DNA from: Eledone cirrhosa
Taxonomy: Eukaryota
Length of the DNA: 64,000 nt
Direction: 5' to 3'
Assembly: GCA_964016885.1 (NCBI GenBank)
Contig: OZ024742.1
Span: 290,408,001 to 290,472,000 of the forward strand
In this document: positions 45,971 to 57,099 of the stretch, one piece after another
Layout of the letters: the number at the start of each line of letters is the position of its first letter
How positions within the stretch are numbered: position 1 is the first letter of the stretch
The notes under the pieces: generated by a model
Told to the model about the DNA's origin: nothing
What the model saw: only the letters and a program-made list of their open reading frames with translations
Databases searched by the model: none
Position numbers and translations under genes: made by a program

Positions 45971-46426
45971 TATATATACACATATGCATACAGGTACACA
46001 TACATATATGCACGCATCAGTTTAGCCGACGTTTATTATAACGCCTGCTTTGTTCGTTTGTTTGTCAACAAATCGAACAGCCTGAATTTATGCCATACGG
46101 TGTTAAGGCAACCACGTCACCTTTTTGTTCAACACTGACACAGGAACGATGTACTAGTTTCAAGCTTGTTAGCTATCATCAGCACCGTTTACCCATCTGC
46201 CAGATAGTTGAACGTTCGAAAGTATATACTTTCCTTATGAAAATTAACGGCTGAGCAGCCTAATTTGCATATTGAGTGAGTTAAATCGGTCAGGCATACC
46301 GAAAACGATAAGTTGAAAAAAATGAAAACGAAATTTCATTTCTCACTCTTAGTATGGCACTTACTTAAATGTAAGTATGCATGCATACGTACATACATAT
46401 ATGTATACAGACGTACAGTAGCACGC

Positions 46427-46461
<35 letters not shown>

Positions 46462-46641
46462 TATATATACACATATGCATACAGGTACACATACATATAT
46501 GCACGCATCAGTTTAGCCGACGTTTATTATAACGCCTGCTTTGTTGACAAACAAACGAACAAAGCAGGCGTTATAATAAACGTCGGCTAAACTGATGCGT
46601 GCATATATGTATGTGTACCTGTATGCATATGTGTATATATA

Positions 46642-46674
<33 letters not shown>

Positions 46675-47130
46675 GCGTGCTACTGTACGTCTGTATACAT
46701 ATATGTATGTACGTATGCATGCATACTTACATTTAAGTAAGTGCCATACTAAGAGTGAGAAATGAAATTTCGTTTTCATTTTTTTCAACTTATCGTTTTC
46801 GGTATGCCTGACCGATTTAACTCACTCAATATGCAAATTAGGCTGCTCAGCCGTTAATTTTCATAAGGAAAGTATATACTTTCGAACGTTCAACTATCTG
46901 GCAGATGGGTAAACGGTGCTGATGATAGCTAACAAGCTTGAAACTAGTACATCGTTCCTGTGTCAGTGTTGAACAAAAAGGTGACGTGGTTGCCTTAACA
47001 CCGTATGGCATAAATTCAGGCTGTTCGATTTGTTGACAAACAAACGAACAAAGCAGGCGTTATAATAAACGTCGGCTAAACTGATGCGTGCATATATGTA
47101 TGTGTACCTGTATGCATATGTGTATATATA

Positions 47131-47165
<35 letters not shown>

Positions 47166-47621
47166 GCGTGCTACTGTACGTCTGTATACATATATGTATG
47201 TACGTATGCATGCATACTTACATTTAAGTAAGTGCCATACTAAGAGTGAGAAATGAAATTTCGTTTTCATTTTTTTCAACTTATCGTTTTCAGTATGCCT
47301 GACCGATTTAACTCACTCAATATGCAAATTAGGCTGCTCAGCCGTTAATTTTCATAAGGAAAGTATATACTTTCGAACGTTCAACTATCTGGCAGATGGG
47401 TAAACGGTGCTGATGATAGCTAACAAGCTTGAAACTAGTACATCGTTCCTGTGTCAGTGTTGAACAAAAAGGTGACGTGGTTGCCTTAACACCGTATGGC
47501 ATAAATTCAGGCTGTTCGATTTGTTGACAAACAAACGAACAAAGCAGGCGTTATAATAAACGTCGGCTAAACTGATGCGTGCATATATGTATGTGTACCT
47601 GTATGCATATGTGTATATATA

Positions 47622-47656
<35 letters not shown>

Positions 47657-48112
47657 GCGTGCTACTGTACGTTTGTATACATATATGTATGTACGTATGC
47701 ATGCATACTTACATTTAAGTAAGTGCCATACTAAGAGTGAGAAATGAAATTTCGTTTTCATTTTTTTCAACTTATCGTTTTCGGTATGCCTGACCGATTT
47801 AACTCACTCAATATGCAAATTAGGCTGCTCAGCCGTTAATTTTCATAAGGAAAGTATATACTTTCGAACGTTCAACTATCTGGCAGATGGGTAAACGGTG
47901 CTGATGATAGCTAACAAGCTTGAAACTAGTACATCGTTCCTGTGTCAGTGTTGAACAAAAAGGTGACGTGGTTGCCTTAACACCGTATGGCATAAATTCA
48001 GGCTGTTCGATTTGTTGACAAACAAACGAACAAAGCAGGCGTTATAATAAACGTCGGCTAAACTGATGCGTGCATATATGTATGTGTACCTGTATGCATA
48101 TGTGTATATATA

Positions 48113-48143
<31 letters not shown>

Positions 48144-48199
48144 GCGTGCTACTGTACGTCTGTATACATATATGTATGTACGTATGCATGCATACTTAC
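43366..48199. repeat. Inverted tandem array of a 491-bp HHR-containing unit (retrozyme-like family B)
   Basis: 491-bp period (ORF track repeats at 43858, 44349, 44840, 45331, 45822, 46313); inversion at tttgtt 46540-46545; ~6.5 units left, ~3.4 units right. Confidence 0.93.
46913..46955 (+). ncRNA. Minimal type I HHR of family B (other copies: + 47404-47446, 47895-47937; - 43691-43733, 44182-44224, 44673-44715, 45164-45206, 45655-45697, 46146-46188)
   Basis: acggtg-CTGATGA-t agct aaca agct t-GAAA-ctag-TA-catcgt; 6-bp stem I, 4-bp stem II, palindromic stem III, GUA triplet. Confidence 0.9.
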
Positions 48200-48326
48200 C
48201 TATATATATATATATATATATATATACATACATATTATATATATATATATACATATATATATCCATACATAAGTATATATACATATACATATGTATATAT
48301 ATATGTATATATGTATATATATATAC

Positions 48327-48401
<75 letters not shown>

Positions 48402-48410
48402 TATATGTAT

Positions 48411-48592
48411 ATAGGAACCAGTAAGACCCCGACAGCTGAGCTCAAGCCGTTTCGACGGCGAATTAGCCGTCGAAACGGCTTGAGCTCAGCTGTCGGGGTC
48501 TTACTGGTTCCTATTACCCACTCTACTACCTCAAGTATTGAGTACTTTGGTGCGTTATGGTCCACCTGGTTCCTTACCACATTTCCTTCGTT
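48411..48592 (+). mobile_element. PLE pLTR remnant with a perfect 49-bp-arm hairpin centred on HHR stem II
   Basis: Arms 48411-48459 and 48466-48514, loop gaatta; GAAA-cggct tgagctc agctg-TC-ggggt is the 3' half of an HHR. Confidence 0.65.
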
Positions 48593-48599
48593 ATATATG

Positions 48600-48664
<65 letters not shown>

Positions 48665-48718
48665 GATATATATGTATATGTATATGATATATATGTATAT
48701 ATATATATATATATGATG

Positions 48719-48755
<37 letters not shown>

Positions 48756-49110
48756 GATGTATATGTATATATATATGTATATATATATATATGTACACAC
48801 ATACATATACATATATATACATATATATATATATACACACATATATATATATATATGTATGCATATATATGTATATATATATATATGTACATGTATATAC
48901 ATATATATGTATATATATATATGTACATGTATATGTATATATATATGTACATGTATATGCATATATATGTATATATATATACATGTATATATATATATAT
49001 ATATATGTATATTTATATATATGTATATATATATATGTACATGTATATATATATATGTATATATATATGTACATATATATACATATATATACATGTACAT
49101 GTATATATAT

Positions 49111-52100
49111 ATCATCATCATCATCATCATCATCATCATCGTTTAACGTCTATCTTCCACGCTTGCATGGGTTTGGACGGGAGGTTTCCCACTTGAGGCA
49201 AGATTTGTTTTCCTGCTCGTATAGGACTGTCTGGTGGCTTTTAAACGGCTGGATACCCTTCCTAACACCAACCAGGTTTACAGTGTGGACTGGGAGGTTT
49301 TTACCGTGTTACCTACATGGCCACATTACAGTGTGGACTGTGTGTTTTTTTGTCGTGACACCTATACGACCTCATTTGTTTCGGACTGTATGTTGTGGTA
49401 CCAACATAACTTCACATTTAAGGGGGTGGTGTGGATGGGTTGGGGGGGGGGTAGTGTGTATGTGTGTGTATGTGGGGGGGGGGGGGGTTAGAGGTGCCTA
49501 CTGACTGTAAGTTTCGCTTTGTACTTAGGCAGAATTTATCAAGTCGTCCCAGGTTTTTCTGGGTCTGCCTACTCCTTGGCTACCGTCTATTTTTATTGCC
49601 CTGCACTTTTTTATACAGCTGTCGTCTTTCATGCGCATCACGTGACCGTACCAACGTAGTCTTCTCTCGAGTAAACAACATCTGATCCCTCTTATTCCTA
49701 ATTTCTCCCTTAGTTCGTTTATGCTTTGCCGTTCACGTATAATACTATTACACATCCAGCGGAGCATGCAAGCTTCGTTTCTCTCCAGTCTGCGTATATC
49801 CTCTGCACACAATGCCCAGGTCTCACTGCCATGTAACATTGCTGTTCGTATGCAGGCATCATACAGCCTGCCTTTCATTTTTAGATAGAACCCTTTAGCG
49901 CCCAATAGTGGTATAAGCTCTCTGAACTTTTTCCATCCCGTTCTGACTCTAGCTACTGTACTTTCAGAGCACCCTCCCCCACTGATGATTTTGTCACCCA
50001 GGTAACGGAAGGTGTCCACTATTTCTATAGAACCATCTGTGCAATGGAATGAGTTAGTATTCTGTGGGCAATTGCTGCTACATATTGCACCAGAGCACCG
50101 GCCACATATAAAATCTATATTCTTAGTTAGCTTACCTGTGATCCCACTACATCTTTTATGCACCTATACTTTGCATTTGGGACATAAAATGGAGTTTCTG
50201 CCTACTCCTTTCCTACACACTGAGCATGGCCATTTCCCAGATGAGACCGGTGCCCTATTTTCCTTCCTACAAACTAGAACTTTAGTCTTAGACAGGTTAA
50301 CTTTAAGGCCTTTTGATTCTATGCCATGCTTCCATGTTTGGAATTTCTTCTCTAGTTCAGCCATTGATTCAGCTATGAGCGTTAGATCATCTGCATATAA
50401 GAGTTCCCATGGGCAGCCGGTCTTGAACTCCTTTGTTATAGCCTGAAGGGCAATAATAAATAGTAGGGGGCTAAGAACGGAGCCCTGATGAACACCAACT
50501 TTTACGCTAAACTCTTCACTATATTCGTTGTTAATTCTAACCTTGCTGACTGTTTCTTTATACATGGCTTGGATAGCTCTCACAAGCCATTCGTCAACCC
50601 CTAGTTTTCTAAGAGTCCACCAGATAATGGAGCGGGGGATTCTGTCAAAGGCTTTCTCCAAATCAACAAAAGCTAAGTATAAGGGTTTACTTTTAGCTAG
50701 GTACTTCTCTTGTACTTGTCGCACAATGAAAAGAGCGTCTCTGGTACTTTTACCTGACACAAACCCGAACTGCATTTCATCTAGATCAATTCGTTCTCTG
50801 ATTAGTTGCCCTATTACTTTTTCTGTGACCTTCATGACCTGGTCGATTAATTTAATGCCTCTATAGTTGCCCCTATCAAGAGCATCTCCTTTATCCTTGT
50901 AGCAGTTAATGAGGATGCTGCTACGCCAGTCCTTCGGAACGGCCCCATTCTGTATTACTTGGTTTACTATCCGGGTGACCATAGTGTGTCCCACCGTTCC
51001 AGATGCTTTCAGCATTTCAGCAACTATTTCTGAAGGCCCGGCCGCCTTACCCGTCTTCATATCTTTGATTGCCTTACTTATTATACTACCTTCAACTCGC
51101 ACTGTTGGTCCCTCTATTGGATCGATGTGGGGGAGACTGTCTTTCTCCCATTTATTCTCCTCATTTAGTAGCCTTTCGTAGTGACTCTTCAAGCTACCTT
51201 CTTATCAGCGTCAGTGATGGCAAGTACACCATCATCATTAAGGACACACTTCTCCCCGACAATATCACGGTTTTCCTTGACACATTGCCTAGCAATCCTG
51301 AACAACTCACGTTTTTGGTCCTCGCGTTGTAGAACATGCTTGAACTTTCTTTCCTCTGCTTCGCTTCTTGCGAAGAACACTTGTATCCTAGCTTCCCTCC
51401 TGGCGACTTGATAGTCTTCTCTACTTCCCCCATCCCGCCATACTTTCCAAGCCTGCTTTTTGGCCTTAATTGACTCCTCCACCTTACTATTCCACCACCA
51501 CGTTACTCTCCTCCTGCCTATGGGGCCTGCTCCAGCCACAAACTTCATCTGCCGCCTTCAGCAGGTTAGCTTTCAGGAATTCCCACTGTTCCTCTATATT
51601 GTACGACTCTCATTGCTCCTCCTTACTGTCGAAAGCATCAAGTAATATGCTTTTAAATTTATTACTGGCTGTGGGGTCCTTTAGCTTCCATATTTTTCTC
51701 CAGAGGATAGTCCTCCTCTGTTGTCGAGTACATCTTGTCCTGACTATGAGTCTATGTTGGGAGGTGCATTCTTCATGAGGGAGGGATTTAGTGTTTACAA
51801 CAGACACTCTGTCACGTCTTTTGGTAAGGATATAATCTATCTGACTGGCGTGTTCCCCTGATCTATAGGTGATCAAGTGATTGTCTCGTTTTTTGAAGTT
51901 AGTGTTACAGATAGTTAGGTTATTTGCGTCGCAGAATTCCAGGATTCTGGAGCCTTCCTCATTTCTAGTACCAAACCCATAGCCTCCATGGATTCCGTCA
52001 TAGCCATCACAAAGTTGTCCAACGTGTCCATTTAGGTCGCCAGCAATAATTACATAGTCACTGTCAGTTATTTGGGAGGTAGTGAGCATCAATGTCTCAT

Positions 52101-52900
52101 GGAATTTGTCTTTTATAGCGCCAAGCAGTCCGGTTTGGGGTGCATACGCAGATATTACTGTCACAGTAGTTCTATTTAGGACAAGTCTTATTTTGATTAC
52201 TCTGACGTTCACTCTATTTACATCTATTATCTTATCTACCCATTTTTCTGCTAACATGATTCCTACCCCACCCAGCCCATTTTCATTTCCCACCCAGAAA
52301 AGCTTATAGCATCGTTTTTTACCCACAATGAATCTAGCAGACCCACCCCTCCACCTGGTCTTTTGGATACAGCAAACATCAACCTCCTTATGTTCAAGCA
52401 TCTCTACAACCTCGTTAGAGCGACCTTTTAAGGTGCCTACATTCATGGTACCAACTCTGAAGTTTTGGATTGCGTTTGGTGGGTGGGAACGGTGGGTCGC
52501 GGGGAGGGGTGAGGGGGATGGGGTTGGGATTATGTTGGCCATCCGCGGCCGAAACAAAGATGAGTCATTGTCTTTTCGTCCGGCAGCATGTGGTGAGTTT
52601 GTCTTTATCTTTAGCATTGTCACTGAGTGTCCAGATTTTTCAGACTCTTCAGAATTCCATAGTCCATCCATCATATTGGCAAGCAACCAGAAGTGATAGC
52701 ATAGTCCGCTGACTTATGATTGGTCTTAATAATAATGGTGGAGAGTAGGGGTGGGTGGAAGGGGTATCGGGTAGTTAGCGAGAGGGTTTCAATGAAATCT
52801 TCGGATTTTGGGCATAATTGGATAAGCATATAACAGTAATAATAAGCGAATAATGGGGTTTTAAAATACAAGAAGATTATTTAGAAACAACCAGACAGAA
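49111..52900 (-). mobile_element. Decayed near-full-length RTE subfamily 1 copy
   Basis: Fragmented ORFs 49525-52686; 3' UTR and (gat)n tail at 49111-49500; 5' boundary approximate. Confidence 0.9.
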
Positions 52901-53296
52901 TTATAGAATAGCATTGAGAGAGAGAAAAAGATACGGATATATGAATGAATGGACCGATAGGCTGGAGAGAGATAAGAAAAATGGCATTTACATTATACTT
53001 CGCAGGGAACGATGGGGTCTGACCATTAATAAGCGTTGACAAATTCTGAGATTCGTACCTCATAACAGGTTTATTTATATTTGGTGAGAGAAGGGAGTGA
53101 TTGAAAGGGTGAACTAGCCGGCGTGTAATATGATATAGTGGAGCCGGGGTAAAGAATAAGAGGGACAATGAGGCCATTTTATAAAACCTAGAATTTTTCG
53201 GCCAAAATTAAACAAACAAGATTGTTATTTTAGAAAAACATATGTATATATATATATATATGTGCATGTACATGTATATATATGTACATGCATATG

Positions 53297-53327
<31 letters not shown>

Positions 53328-53479
53328 GTATATATGTATATATTGTCCCTTCGATTTATATGAAATTTAAACCATAGGGAAATGTCAAGATATGATGCCT
53401 AATCAGAAAATTTTGAAGAAACAAAATAAGAATAAGATTTAATAATGCAATTTTGATTTGATATATTACAAAAAATAAT

Positions 53480-53665
53480 TGTTTCTACGTTTGGCACAAG
53501 GCCAGCAAATACCCAGTGCATTACAGGTACTTTATTTTATCAACCCCGTAAGGATGAAAGGCAAATTAACCTCGGTGGGATTTGAACTCAGAATGGCAAG
53601 GGCCGTAACTCTATACATCAAAGCATGGCGTCCGACCCTCTACCGATACTACCAATCCACCGCCC
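53480..53665 (-). mobile_element. tRNA-derived SINE with a Deu/Nin-like central domain
   Basis: Minus strand gagttcaaatccc (B box)..gcctttcatccttacggggttgataaaataaagtacc; second copy at 56800-56978. Confidence 0.7.
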
Positions 53666-53845
53666 TTTATATATTACAAAAAATAATGTTTTCCAATTTT
53701 TGATGCATTACATTTTACATTGAGTAATATTGAAATGCAGGGTTTTTCTCCATCAATATATATCACTGATTTAAAATCAATCATCATTTTCTTACAAAAA
53801 AAATGTGAAACGCAGCAAGGCGCCGGTAATTCGGCTAGTACATAT

Positions 53846-54193
53846 ATCATCATCATCATCATCATTACATTTTACGTCCGCTTTTTCCCTGCTTGCAAGG
53901 GTGGGACGGGAACTGATTGTGGCTTGATTTCTACAGCTGGATGCCCTTCCTAACACCAACCTCATTTGCAGTGAGTGCTGGGTGCTTTTTTGCTGTGGCA
54001 CCTCTATGACCACTTTGCAGTGAAATGATATGGGGCCCAATCCCTATCATCTCATTTCTACAGCTGAGTAAACTGGAGCAATGTGAAATAAAGTGTCTTG
54101 CTGAAGGAAACAACACATCACTCGTTCTGAGAATTGAACTCACAACCTTTCGATTGCAAGGCCAATGCTCTAACCACTAAGCCATGTGCCTCC
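53846..54193 (-). mobile_element. Full-length composite SINE (tRNA head + CORE + RTE-derived tail)
   Basis: Inverted copy of 54369-54715. Confidence 0.85.
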
Positions 54194-54368
54194 ATATATA
54201 TATATACATATGTACGTATATATATGTATATATATATATATATAAGCACAGGCATGACTGTGTAGTTAAGGAATTTGCCAGCCTTTGGGACCGCATTATT
54301 CTCATTTAGATTGCTCTGAAGTCTCAGGTAATTACACTGTAGGTGCCGTTCTAAATTTCCTTCTTCAT

Positions 54369-54715
54369 GGAGGCACATGGCTTAGTGGTTAGAGCATTGG
54401 CCTTGCAATTGAAAGGTTGTGAGTTCAATTCTCAGACCAGGTGATGTGTTGTTTCCTTGAGCAAGACACTTTATTTCACATTGCTCCAGTTTACTCAGCT
54501 GTAGAAATGAGATGATAGGGACATGGGTCCCTATCATTCCACTGCAAAATGGTCGTGCAGGTGCCACGGCAAAAAAGCACCCAGCACTCACTGTAAATGA
54601 GGTTGGTGTTAGGAAGGGCATCCAGCTGTAGAAATCAAGCCAGAATCAGTTCCCGTCCCACCCTTGCAAGCAGGGAAAAGTGGACGTAAAATGAAATGAT
54701 GATGATGATGATGAT
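54369..54715 (+). mobile_element. Full-length composite SINE (tRNA head + CORE + RTE-derived tail)
   Basis: tggcttagtggttagagc A box, gagttcaattct B box, ccttgagcaagacacttt, ggttggtgttaggaagggcatcc, cccgtcccacccttgcaagcagggaaaag and (gat)n. Confidence 0.87.
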
Positions 54716-55126
54716 AGCCCATTTCTTTAATTGAAAGACTTTGAATCACTGTATTGTTTTGAATCTTACCTATTTCTTAATATTATCAACCAGCTACCAT
54801 GTGGTCTGCTTTGTTAGAACTTTGCAGTTGACATCAGAAAGTATTGCCTGCCTGATAGAAATTTCAGAACAAATAACTACTGCATTCCATCATCTGCTTT
54901 GAGGATATCTTTGTCCTTTCTCCTATGGGGACCCTAAAAAGTGTCATAGGTACTGTCATTGCTCAATAAATTAATCTACCAACTCCTTAATTACGCTGCA
55001 AAACCTGCACCTAAAATTTGTTTGTAAATTAATTTTTGTATTTACACATCAAACTCTTCTATCATAAAATGCCTATACAAAGAAAATAAATTTATTTAAT
55101 TAAATTTTTTTTTTTTAATTATCTAG

Positions 55127-56647
55127 TTGTGCAGGAAGTGTGTTGCAGAGAACATTGGTTGAATGGTATGGAATTACATGTTCAACCTGTAAAAAATACC
55201 AGCCCTGTGACAAATATGCATGAAATTCTTTTACCTAGTAAATTCCACACCCTTTTCTTCAAACAACATGAAGACATTGTTAATGATAAACTGACACATT
55301 TGGCTAAGGTGATTTCGAAACATTGTCGGTTAAATACGTTAGTTTTAGAATACAACAAAGAAAATTCTGAGAAAATCCATCAATATTTGCAAGATTTATT
55401 AAGCTCCATCACTGTTGAAGTTGTTGATATTGCAGCCTCTATTTTCAACAACATAGTTGAATCGTTTAAGAAGAAACCAGATATAAAATGTATTTACTTT
55501 GACCATGAAAATTTCCAAGCCAATATTATAGGATTTAATAAAAGCTGGGTGATTGAGAAGAAGAATTATCTTTTGAGCTTTCGTATACATGAGGATAAAT
55601 TGAACATTCATGAAAAACATATTTTGTTAGGTCTTGATTATTTTGCTAAGCTGGAAAGAGAATTTAAAGGATTAATAATCAAAGTTTATTTGGATAAACT
55701 TGTTTATGAAGGTTACAGTCCTCAAATAAATGAATGTCGACAAAAGGTGTCAGAAATTATTAAATCAATAGAAAGTTCTAAAGTGTCTTTACCATTGAAT
55801 ACTGCAATGATTATCAATAAAAAACCCGTGACGCAATATCTTATTGAAAAACTGAAAATTAAAATGTGTGTGGCCTCATGGGACATACATGATGATGATT
55901 CAATCACAATTTATGCAAGTGGAAAGAAAGATCTTTTAACTTTGGAAAAAATTATTAAAGAAACTTTTGTTTCTCATAGCTTAGATTTCATAGAGAAAAT
56001 TAAAGGTACTTCAAATTATGAATTATGGTTAAAATTACTTGAAAATCTGAATGTAGAGTACCTAGATTTGTATTTTATCGAGAAAGATGTTTTGGCATTT
56101 GTGGCTATTGACAAAATAGCTAATGATATAAAAAACAAAATTGATAACTTTATAAAATCTTTAACATATGAATCTTGCATATCAATAAATCAAAACCACT
56201 TTTTATATCTAAAGCAGTTCAATGAAAAAGATATCAACGAATTTTGTGAGAAATCTAAAATCAAGATCATATTATTCAAAGATAATCAATTACATTTAGA
56301 AGGAACAGAAAATGAAATTAAAAAAGTGGAAAATTATCTGGAATATTTAAGAAAGAATATTAGCTGGAGGGAAGAAGTATTTGAAATGTTTGGTTTTGAG
56401 GAATTTCTGAAGAGTGAAGAAGGAAGCAATTTTTTAAATGAAATGCAGTTAAATACTAAGAGCATAATATCATTAGATCTAATTTTAAAAGATGAAACAG
56501 ATGCAGTAGCAAGTTTTAAATACAAGAATTGTACAATCAATTTAATTGAGGATGATATCACAACCTTGAACACTGATGCCATTGTTAATGCTGCCAATGG
56601 TAGATTGGAACATATTGGACGACTTGCTGCAGATATTGTGAAGAAAG
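55127..56647 (+). CDS. Large internal exon (1521 bp, phase 1-1) of a PARP14/PARP9-like macrodomain protein: KH-like region + macrodomain N-terminus
   Basis: Polypyrimidine tract and AG at 55125-55126, donor AAG|GTTAGT at 56648; open frame ending INLIEDDITTLNTDAIVNAANGRLEHIGRLAADIVKK (macro VNAAN motif). Confidence 0.85.
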
Positions 56648-56799
56648 GTTAGTGTTAATATTTTATAATTAACCCTTAATACCAACCTGCCCCAAACTAC
56701 TTCTGGTCCTATACATCCATTTTAAAGAGTTCCTATTTAAATTAATATCTTTCAGCATAATTTTATATAAAATCTATGTTAAGTTACTATCTTAGTAAT

Positions 56800-56978
56800 T
56801 GTTTCTACTTTAGGCACAAGGCCAGCAATTACCCAGTACATTACTGGTACTTTATTTTATCGACCCCGTAAGGATGAAAGGCAAAGTTAAACTCGACGGG
56901 ATTTGAACTCAGACCGTAAAGGGACGTAACTATGCTGGAAAGCATGGCGTCCGACTCTCTACCGATACTGCCAATCCA
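56800..56978 (-). mobile_element. Deu/Nin-like SINE, second copy
   Basis: Homologous to 53480-53665. Confidence 0.7.
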
Positions 56979-57099
56979 CTATCTTAGTAATGAAATAATT
57001 TTAGTAAATCCCTCAAAATCTTTAATTAATTGACATATAAGATTCCCATTTAAATAAATCTTTATGGAGAAAGGGTGGTGTGGGCGAAAATGGAAGGAT

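Noticed and set aside
43858-47770. 67-93-aa ORFs repeated in the arrays (also 12952-13233 and 14593-14874)
   Set aside because: They depend on microsatellite or homopolymer length, show no domain, and are broken in other units.
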